Assembly: GCA_964533945.1 (NCBI GenBank)
Contig: CAZHPA010000004.1
Location: forward strand, 15,180 to 79,179
Source of the DNA: an uncultured Defluviitaleaceae bacterium
GTDB lineage: Bacteria > Bacillota > Clostridia > Lachnospirales > WRBF01
Direction: 5' to 3'
DNA length: 64,000 bases
Each line of letters opens with the position of its first letter. The stretch's first letter is position 1. Position numbers and translations under genes: made by a program. A model generated the notes under the pieces. The model was given only the letters and a program-made list of their open reading frames with translations. It did no database searches and had not been told where the DNA came from. Positions 48,439-55,863 of this stretch are shown here, piece after piece.

Positions 48439-51063
48439 ATGGGACAAAAATATGTTTATATGTTTTCAGAGGGCGATGGCTCAATGAAAAATTTGCTTGG
48501 TGGAAAAGGCGCAAACCTTGCTGAAATGACAAAGCTTGGGCTTCCAATTCCTCCCGGTTTTATCGTAACAACTGAAAGCTGCACACTATATAACACTTCG
48601 GGTAAAGTTTTATCAGATGAAATTAAAGCGCAAATTGACGCTTGTATGGCAGAACTTGAAAAAATATCAGATAAAAAATTCGGCGATACAAAAAATCCGC
48701 TTCTAGTTTCCGTGCGTTCAGGCTCAAGAGCTTCAATGCCCGGTATGATGGATACAGTTTTAAATTTAGGCTTAAATGACGATGCCGTTTCTGGTCTTGC
48801 TACAGCAACAGGCAACGAACGTTTTGCATACGATTCATATAGACGTTTCATTATGATGTTTTCGGACGTTGTAATTGGTGTTTCAAAGCATAAATTTGAA
48901 AGGGTTTTAGATGAATTTAAAGAACAAAAAGGCGTTAAAGACGATTTAGATTTAACTGTTGAAGACTTAAAATCAATAGTTTCAAAATTTAAACAAATAT
49001 ATAGAGAAGACCAAGGAAAAGAATTCCCATCTGATGCTAAAGAACAATTGTATGAAGCAATTTGTGCCGTCTTTAGGTCTTGGGACAACCCTCGTGCTTT
49101 CGTATACCGCCGTATGCACGACATACCATATGAATGGGGTACAGCAGTAAACGTACAATCAATGGTATTTGGCAACATGGGTGATGAATCCGGAACAGGC
49201 GTTGTTTTTACAAGAAATGCTGCAACAGGCGAAAATGCAATTTATGGCGAATACATGATGAATGCGCAAGGCGAAGACGTTGTTGCCGGCGTTCGTACTC
49301 CTAAGCCTTTTGCCGAACTTAAAGACGAAATGCCTGAAATTTACGAACAATTTATAAAATATGCAAATCTTTTAGAAAATCACTACAAAGATATGCAAGA
49401 TATGGAAATTACAATCGAAAACAAAAAACTATACTTCCTTCAAACAAGAAACGGCAAAAGAACAGCTCAAGCTGCTTTAAAAATTGCTGTTGATATGGTT
49501 AATGAAGGATTAATTACAGAAGAAGAAGCAATTATGAAGGTAGACCCAAAACAATTAGACCAACTTCTTCACCCAACGTTTGATGCTGAATCTTTAAAAG
49601 CAGCTAAAAGCATTGGTAAAGCGCTTCCTGCTTCTCCTGGTGCTGCAACAGGTAAAATTTACTTTAATGCAGAAGACGCTAAAGAAGCTGTTGCAAGAGG
49701 CGAAAAAGTTGTTTTAGTTCGTCTTGAAACTTCACCGGAAGACATTGAAGGAATGTATGTTTCTGAAGGCGTTTTAACAGTTCGTGGCGGTATGACTTCT
49801 CATGCGGCAGTTGTTGCTCGCGGTATGGGAAGATGTTGTGTTTCTGGCTGTGAAAAAATTAAAATGAATGAAGAAGAAAAATGCTTTGAATTAGACGGTG
49901 CTACTTTTAAAGAAGGCGATTTCCTTTCATTAGATGGTACAACAGGCATAATTTACGCTGGTTCAATTAAAACTGTTACTCCTGAAATTTCTGGCGATTT
50001 TGCGAAATTTATGGCTTGGGCAGACAAAGCAAGAACATTAAAAGTTAGAACAAATGCAGACACTCCTGCAGATGCTAAAAAAGCTGTTGAATTTGGCGCT
50101 GAAGGAATCGGCTTAACGCGTACTGAACATATGTTCTTTGAAGAATCACGTTTGCCAAAAATGCGCAAAATGATTTTATCAGATACAGAAGAAGAAAGAC
50201 GCGCTGCATTAAATGAGTTGTTACCTTTCCAAAAGGCAGACTTTGTAGGTATATATGAAGCTATGGAAGAACGCCCTGTAACAATTCGTCTTTTAGACCC
50301 ACCGCTCCATGAATTTTTACCTAAAGAAGATGCTGATTTTGAAGCTTTGGCGAAAGACATGAACAAACCTGTTGCAGAATTAAAAACAAAAGCAACAAAC
50401 CTTCACGAATTAAACCCAATGATGGGTCACCGTGGTTGCCGCCTTGCTGTTAGCTATCCTGAAATTGCAGAAATGCAAACTAAAGCAATAATAGAAGCGG
50501 CTATTGAAGTTAAAAAGAACAAAGGCTATAACATTATTCCGGAAATAATGATTCCACTTGTAGGCGACACTAAAGAGTTTAAATTCGTTAGAGAAATCGT
50601 TGACAAAACTGCTAAAGCTTTAATTGAAGAAACAGGCATTGAATTAAATTATATGGTTGGTACTATGATTGAAATTCCAAGAGCTTGCTTAACAGCAGAT
50701 GAAATTGCAAAAGATGCAGAATTTTTCTCATTTGGAACAAACGATTTAACACAAATGACATTTGGTCTTTCCCGTGACGATGCAGGAAAAATATTAAACG
50801 ACTATATCGAAAAGAAAATTTACGAAGGCGACCCAACAGCAAAATTAGACCAAACAGGCGTTGGTTCATTAATGAAAATAGCTGTTGAAAAAGGACAAAC
50901 AACAAGACCAAACATTAAGCTTGGTATTTGCGGCGAACACGGAGGCGAACCTTCAAGCATAGATTTCTGCCATAGAATTGGGCTTAACTATGTTTCATGC
51001 TCACCATTTAGAGTTCCAATAGCAAGACTTGCAGCAGCACAAGCGGCAATTTCTAATAAGTAG
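48439..51063 (+). CDS. ppdK: Pyruvate, phosphate dikinase
   Basis: 874 aa with LLGGKGANLAEM, the phosphohistidine region GGMTSHAAVVARGMG, and a C-terminal PEP-utilising TIM barrel (FFSFGTNDLTQ). Confidence 0.95.
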   Translation: MGQKYVYMFSEGDGSMKNLLGGKGANLAEMTKLGLPIPPGFIVTTESCTLYNTSGKVLSDEIKAQIDACMAELEKISDKKFGDTKNPLLVSVRSGSRASMPGMMDTVLNLGLNDDAVSGLATATGNERFAYDSYRRFIMMFSDVVIGVSKHKFERVLDEFKEQKGVKDDLDLTVEDLKSIVSKFKQIYREDQGKEFPSDAKEQLYEAICAVFRSWDNPRAFVYRRMHDIPYEWGTAVNVQSMVFGNMGDESGTGVVFTRNAATGENAIYGEYMMNAQGEDVVAGVRTPKPFAELKDEMPEIYEQFIKYANLLENHYKDMQDMEITIENKKLYFLQTRNGKRTAQAALKIAVDMVNEGLITEEEAIMKVDPKQLDQLLHPTFDAESLKAAKSIGKALPASPGAATGKIYFNAEDAKEAVARGEKVVLVRLETSPEDIEGMYVSEGVLTVRGGMTSHAAVVARGMGRCCVSGCEKIKMNEEEKCFELDGATFKEGDFLSLDGTTGIIYAGSIKTVTPEISGDFAKFMAWADKARTLKVRTNADTPADAKKAVEFGAEGIGLTRTEHMFFEESRLPKMRKMILSDTEEERRAALNELLPFQKADFVGIYEAMEERPVTIRLLDPPLHEFLPKEDADFEALAKDMNKPVAELKTKATNLHELNPMMGHRGCRLAVSYPEIAEMQTKAIIEAAIEVKKNKGYNIIPEIMIPLVGDTKEFKFVREIVDKTAKALIEETGIELNYMVGTMIEIPRACLTADEIAKDAEFFSFGTNDLTQMTFGLSRDDAGKILNDYIEKKIYEGDPTAKLDQTGVGSLMKIAVEKGQTTRPNIKLGICGEHGGEPSSIDFCHRIGLNYVSCSPFRVPIARLAAAQAAISNK

Positions 51064-51091
51064 ATTAAATAGATTTAATAAACCAAACCAT

Positions 51092-51120
51092 AAAGGGCGC
51101 TTAATTGCGCCTTTTGTGTT
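51092..51120 (+). terminator. Intrinsic terminator after ppdK
   Basis: AAGGGCGC-TTAATT-GCGCCTTTT followed by GTGTT. Confidence 0.75.
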
Positions 51121-51145
51121 AAGTATTTAAGGGAGGGTGCTAGAA

Positions 51146-51781
51146 ATGGATATATACAAAGTGTTTAATAGTTTGCTTTTACAAAACAGGATATTTAGCT
51201 CGGAAGCAGATTTTCAATTTGCACTAGCTTGGGAAATTAAGGCTGTATATGGTGATAGTGTAAATATCCGATTAGAATATATACCTTGGAAATATAATGA
51301 CAAAATGCATATTGATATTGCCGTCTTCTATCGTAAACATCTTATCTCAATAGAACTTAAATACATTAAAAACAGCTTAAAAATAAAACACCAAGGCGAA
51401 CATATCAAACTAAAAAGGCATACAGCACGCCATATTGGCGCTTACAAATACTTAAAGGATATTGAGCGTATGGAGGGTATAATAAATTCAAAGGAATACA
51501 ATATTAAGAAAGCTTACGCCATTATTTTGACAAATGATTCCGGTTACTGGCGAGATGTTCGAATAAAAAAACAACCCATTGATATGGCATTTAGAATATT
51601 TGAAGGTACAGCCATTTCTGGTAAACGAGAATGGGGAAAAGACGCTGGGGAAGGGACAATAAGAAATCATAAAGACCCCATTGTTTTCTCGGGTAGTTAT
51701 ACGATAAACTGGCAAAAATACAAGCCGGCAAGAGATGTTGGATTCCGGTATACGATTGCGGAAATAAAAAAGGGGATTTAA
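51146..51781 (+). CDS. PD-(D/E)xK nuclease-superfamily-like hypothetical protein
   Basis: The ordered motif SEADFQ ... HIDIAVF ... ISIELKY matches the E / D / ExK pattern of restriction-endonuclease-like folds. ATG at 51146 is 8 nt after GGGAGGG. Confidence 0.5.
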   Translation: MDIYKVFNSLLLQNRIFSSEADFQFALAWEIKAVYGDSVNIRLEYIPWKYNDKMHIDIAVFYRKHLISIELKYIKNSLKIKHQGEHIKLKRHTARHIGAYKYLKDIERMEGIINSKEYNIKKAYAIILTNDSGYWRDVRIKKQPIDMAFRIFEGTAISGKREWGKDAGEGTIRNHKDPIVFSGSYTINWQKYKPARDVGFRYTIAEIKKGI

Positions 51782-51785
51782 ATAT

Positions 51786-52310
51786 ATGGTTCATTTATAT
51801 TATGGCAACGGCAAAGGCAAAACAACTGCCGCAATAGGGTTATGCGTTCGTGCAATAGGGCATAGATTTAATGTTTTGTTTGCTCAATTTTTAAAAAGCG
51901 AACCTACAGGGGAAATTATATGCTTTGAAAAGCTTGGCAATCTTGATAATATAAAAGTTTTAAGAAGCCGAAAGCGCTTCCCTTTTACTCAAAGTATGAC
52001 TACCGAACAGCAACAGGAAATTATTGAAATTCATAACAATATTTTTAAAGAAGCAGCTAAAGCATATAAAGAAAGTAAATTTAAAATTATTGTATTAGAT
52101 GAAATTGTTTCCGCATATAATTATGGATTTATAGATAAAAACTTGATTGACGAATTTCTAAGCAATTTAAATCAAGATATTGAGCTTATTTTAACAGGGC
52201 ATGAACCAAATCAAAAATTTATTGATATTGCCGACTATGCTTCCGAAATTAAAAAGATAAAACACCCTTACGATTTAGGTATTTTGGGAAGGGTTGGGGT
52301 TGAATTATAA
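51786..52310 (+). CDS. cobO: Cob(I)yrinic acid a,c-diamide adenosyltransferase (CobA/CobO/BtuR family)
   Basis: GNGKGKTTAAIG P-loop, ILDEI motif, and the C-terminal TGHEP...ADYASEIKKIKHPYDLGILGRVGVEL typical of the family. Confidence 0.85.
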   Translation: MVHLYYGNGKGKTTAAIGLCVRAIGHRFNVLFAQFLKSEPTGEIICFEKLGNLDNIKVLRSRKRFPFTQSMTTEQQQEIIEIHNNIFKEAAKAYKESKFKIIVLDEIVSAYNYGFIDKNLIDEFLSNLNQDIELILTGHEPNQKFIDIADYASEIKKIKHPYDLGILGRVGVEL

Positions 52311-52515
52311 TTTTGTTGAAAATTGCAAGTTAAATTATAGCACAAGAACCTACTATTTTTATATAAAGCATATGTTATAACATTATTAAAAAATTGGGGT
52401 TAAAATATATAAAAACCTTATTAAAGCCATAAGTTAAATTATAACGCAAAAACGTATTATTTTATATCAAATATATGTTGCAACCTTGTTAAAAATTCGG
52501 AGTTGAATTACAATG
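52296..52515. repeat. Imperfect tandem repeat of about 100 bp (2.2 copies) that starts inside the cobO 3' end and ends at the chrA start codon
   Basis: Copies begin at 52296 (GGGGTTGAATTATAA), 52396 (GGGGTTAAAATATATAA) and 52499 (GGAGTTGAATTACAATG). The units share internal blocks such as AAGTTAAATTATA[G/A]C and ATATGTT. Confidence 0.7.
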
Positions 52516-53061
52516 CATAAAAAACATTACCTAAAACTGTTTATTTCAACATTTTATTTAAGCGCTTTTACGTTTGGCGGAGGATATGTTATAGTTTCTT
52601 TAATGAAGAAAAAATTTGTAGATAATTTAAAATGGATTGAAGAAGAAGAAATGTTAAATTTAATCGCAATAGCTCAAGCTTCCCCCGGAGCTGTTGCCGT
52701 TAACGCTTCCATTTTAATAGGATACCGTATTGGAGGAACTTTGGGGGCATTTATTGCAATATTAGGAACAGTTTTACCGCCGCTTATTATAATTTCTATA
52801 GTTTCTGTGTTTTATGCTTCTTTTCGCAACAACGAAATAATTAGCCGTGCGTTAAAAGCAATGCAACCTGCCGTTGCTGCTATAATATTTGATGTTGTAA
52901 TTAATATGGGGAAGAATACTGTTGAACAGAAAAAGAGTATGGCTATTTTTATTGGAGCTTTTATAGCAAACTATATATTTAAAATTAATGTTATTTATAT
53001 TATTGTAACTTGCGTAGTATTAGGCATTTTTCAAAGAAACGAAAAAGAGGAGAGGGCATGA
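52513..53061 (+). CDS. chrA: Chromate transporter family protein (short CHR, first half of a pair)
   Basis: About 180 aa and polytopic, with the FTFGGGYVIVSLM and IAIAQASPGAVAVN motifs typical of the CHR family. Confidence 0.85.
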   Translation: MHKKHYLKLFISTFYLSAFTFGGGYVIVSLMKKKFVDNLKWIEEEEMLNLIAIAQASPGAVAVNASILIGYRIGGTLGAFIAILGTVLPPLIIISIVSVFYASFRNNEIISRALKAMQPAVAAIIFDVVINMGKNTVEQKKSMAIFIGAFIANYIFKINVIYIIVTCVVLGIFQRNEKEERA

Positions 53062-53141
53062 ACCTTTTGAACACTATTTATGTCATCATAACTTGCATAA
53101 TATTAGGAGTTTTCAAAATAAGCAAAGGAGCAAAAGCATGA
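52987..53141. repeat. Tandem duplication with an 80-bp period covering the chrA-1 3' end and the ATGA stop/start junction
   Basis: 52991-53061 (TTATTTATATTATTGTAACTTGCGTAGTATTAGGCATTTTTCAAAG...GGCATGA) aligns with 53071-53141 (CTATTTATGTCATCATAACTTGCATAATATTAGGAGTTTTCAAAAT...AGCATGA). Confidence 0.8.
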
Positions 53142-53674
53142 TTTACTTAGAACTTTTTGTAAGTTTCTTTAAAATAGGGCTATTTACTATAGGCGGTGGC
53201 TATGCTGCAATACCTCTTATTCAAAATGAAGTTATAGATGTTAATAATTGGTTAACACTAGCACAATTTACAGATTTAATTACAATTGCCGAAATGACAC
53301 CTGGGCCCATAGCAATTAATTGTGCAACATTCGTTGGAATACAAGTTGGCGGCTTTTTGGGTGGCGTTGTTTCAACTATCGGCTGCATTTTTCCTTCTTG
53401 CATAATTGTTTCACTTCTTGCCTATTTATATTATAAATATAAAAATCTTGCAATAATTCAAAAGATTTTAAACAACCTAAGACCGGCTATTGTTGCTTTA
53501 ATTGCTTGCGCCGGATTGTCTATATTAAAGCTTTCAGTTTTAAGCGATTCTTATTCAATTAACGTAAAAGCCATTTTAATATTTATAGCCGTACTGTTTG
53601 CAATTAAAAAGTTTAAATTAAAAAATCCTATAATTGCAATGCTTGTCGCCGGTGTTATAGGAATATTAATGTAA
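53138..53674 (+). CDS. chrA: Chromate transporter family protein (short CHR, second half of a pair)
   Basis: FTIGGGYAAIPLI and IAEMTPGPIAINCATFVG motifs. ATG at 53138 follows AAAGGAG, so the ORF-track start at 53093 is rejected. Confidence 0.85.
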   Translation: MIYLELFVSFFKIGLFTIGGGYAAIPLIQNEVIDVNNWLTLAQFTDLITIAEMTPGPIAINCATFVGIQVGGFLGGVVSTIGCIFPSCIIVSLLAYLYYKYKNLAIIQKILNNLRPAIVALIACAGLSILKLSVLSDSYSINVKAILIFIAVLFAIKKFKLKNPIIAMLVAGVIGILM

Positions 53675-53736
53675 ACTTTTTTGTATTTAATACGTTGTTA
53701 TACATAATACGACATTTATTTAATTACTTTTAATTA

Positions 53737-53766
53737 TTGATATTGTGTCGTAATATGTATTATAAT
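53737..53766 (+). promoter_or_regulatory. Putative sigma-A promoter for the vWA/tubulin-like cluster
   Basis: TTGATA, 18 nt, TATAAT, about 30 nt upstream of the GTG start. Confidence 0.45.
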
Positions 53767-53796
53767 AAAGTATATTTAATCGAAAGAGGGTGCATT

Positions 53797-55839
53797 GTGG
53801 TTAGAAAAATATTATGCTTTATCGTATTTATTTTTAGTGTATATACAGTATATACATACGCTGCTCAAAGCGCAAATCCAAACAATCATATTGATGCCGT
53901 GCTTGTAATTGATACAAGCAATTCAATGAATGGCAACGACCCCATGCACATAGCCGTTGAAGGCGTTAAGCTTTTTATTGATATGTTGGAACATAGCGGC
54001 TCAAGAGTTGGTTTTGTTGGGTTTAACGGAAGCGTTGTTTCTGAAATACCACTTACAGAAATTAACACATTTCAAGATAAAATAGATATTTTAGATAAAG
54101 TAGGCAAAATAAAATATACAGGCTATACAGACATTGGGCTTGCGCTTAAAACGGCAGAATCGCTTTTATTAAACACACAAGATAAAGGCAACAACCAAAT
54201 GATTTTAATGTTTACAGACGGCTTTGTTGAAGTTGACAGTAAAACAGGAAGAACAGAACAACAATCAAATCAGGAAATAGAAGACGTTTTGTCTTCGGCA
54301 ATGTCAAATTACCCTATATACACAATAGGCTTAAATAGCAGCGATAGAGTGGACAAAGATTTAATAGATAAAATAGCCAACCAAACAAGTGCTAAAAGCT
54401 ATATGACAAATAACGCCGAAGACTTGCCTGAAATTTTTAACGAAATTTTCGCAAGGCATATTAAATCAAATGTAATAAATGTAGGTTCAGTTATTGCCGA
54501 TGGAACAAATTATGAAACATTTGACATAAACATACCAAACCCAAACATAGCAGAAGCAAATATTGTTTTACTATCAGACAGCAAATTAATAGACGTAAGG
54601 TTAACAAACCCAAATAATCAAAATATTTTACTAACACAATCAAATGGAATTTATTATTCCAATTCGTCAAAATATTCTGTAATTAAAATTGTTAACCCAA
54701 TGCAAGGGGATTGGGTTTTGCATATTAAAGGCGCTAAGGGCAGCCAAATTAAAGTTAATTTAATTTATAACTACGACATTGTTCTTGAAGCCAAATTGCC
54801 AAAAGATGCAAAAGACGTTGTTAAAGGGGAAACTTTAAACGTTTCGGCTTTTATATCAGACCAAAACGGTACAACGCTTGGCAGTGATTTAATTTCTTCA
54901 TTTAGTGCAGAGCTTAATGTTTTAAATGAAACTGGTCAAATAATTGAAGCCGTTGCTATGAATCATGTTAAAGATAATGAATTTGCTGCAGTTTGCAACA
55001 TTCCAAACTATGATGGGCAAATAAGCATTATTGTAAAAGCCGCAGGTTCAGGGTTTTATAGAGAAAGCCAGCCTATTGTAATAGATTTAGAAAACAAGCC
55101 GCCAAAGCTTGAAAACCCTATATCAAATAAGTTTTATTTTTATTTGCCAATGGCTGTTTTAAATTCAACTATCAACTTAAACGAAGTTTTTAACGACCCA
55201 GATAATTTAGAAGATTTAGAATATAAGATTACAGCAGATAAAGATTACATAAGCTTCGATGAGTCAAACGGAAAAGCAAAAATAAAAACAAGCAAAATAT
55301 TAAATTTTGGAACAGCGGAAGTAATAATTGAATGCATAGACCCAGCCAAAGAAAAGGCAGAAGCAAGCTTTAAAATAATTTTAATACCAATTTTGCCTTT
55401 TGGCTTGGTAATTTTAATAGTTATAGGTTTGATAGCAATAAAAGCCGGAAAGCAAAAAAACATAAGGCTATCGGGCTACATTCAATGCATACTTTCCGTT
55501 GACGGTGTTAACGGAGCAAGCGAAATAACAAATACGCAGGCATATAAAGGCATAGTTAATATGTCGCAGTTTGTAGGCGAGCAAGTTTTAGAAAAATTGC
55601 CAGAACTTAAAAAAATTTCTTTTTGTCAATTAACACAATCAGGGAGCAAATTAGGTGAATTAGGCGGGGAAGCTTGGGAATTTAAAAATAAATCACGCTA
55701 CAAAATAAATAAAATGATGCTTGAATTAAAAGACGAAAAGTTTGTTATTGTTAAAGGAGAAACTTTTGAAATAAGAGAATTAAGAAGCAGTGATGATGAA
55801 AATGAAGGGGAAGTTTTGATAGTAACCTTTATAAAGTAG
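53797..55839 (+). CDS. Type-I membrane protein: signal peptide, extracytoplasmic vWA domain with complete MIDAS, beta-rich stalk, single TM segment, and a cytoplasmic tail domain of about 130 aa
   Basis: GTG at 53797 is 6 nt after AAAGAGGG. The signal peptide is VRKILCFIVFIFSVYTVYTYA/AQS. MIDAS elements are DTSNS (53911-53925), GYTDIG and MFTDG. The TM segment is ILIPILPFGLVILIVIGLIAI, followed by KAGKQK. Confidence 0.8.
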   Translation: MVRKILCFIVFIFSVYTVYTYAAQSANPNNHIDAVLVIDTSNSMNGNDPMHIAVEGVKLFIDMLEHSGSRVGFVGFNGSVVSEIPLTEINTFQDKIDILDKVGKIKYTGYTDIGLALKTAESLLLNTQDKGNNQMILMFTDGFVEVDSKTGRTEQQSNQEIEDVLSSAMSNYPIYTIGLNSSDRVDKDLIDKIANQTSAKSYMTNNAEDLPEIFNEIFARHIKSNVINVGSVIADGTNYETFDINIPNPNIAEANIVLLSDSKLIDVRLTNPNNQNILLTQSNGIYYSNSSKYSVIKIVNPMQGDWVLHIKGAKGSQIKVNLIYNYDIVLEAKLPKDAKDVVKGETLNVSAFISDQNGTTLGSDLISSFSAELNVLNETGQIIEAVAMNHVKDNEFAAVCNIPNYDGQISIIVKAAGSGFYRESQPIVIDLENKPPKLENPISNKFYFYLPMAVLNSTINLNEVFNDPDNLEDLEYKITADKDYISFDESNGKAKIKTSKILNFGTAEVIIECIDPAKEKAEASFKIILIPILPFGLVILIVIGLIAIKAGKQKNIRLSGYIQCILSVDGVNGASEITNTQAYKGIVNMSQFVGEQVLEKLPELKKISFCQLTQSGSKLGELGGEAWEFKNKSRYKINKMMLELKDEKFVIVKGETFEIRELRSSDDENEGEVLIVTFIK

Positions 55840-55863
55840 AAAATAAAAAGGAGTTGTAAGTTA

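Noticed and set aside
48456-49178. 240-aa minus-strand ORF
   Set aside because: It is antisense to the highly conserved N-terminal part of ppdK, so it is a shadow ORF.
52296-52515. CRISPR array as an explanation for the intergenic repeats here and at 61578-61763
   Set aside because: There are only 2-3 copies. The whole unit, not just a short repeat, is similar between copies, so there are no unique spacers. The repeats start inside coding sequence, and no cas genes are present.
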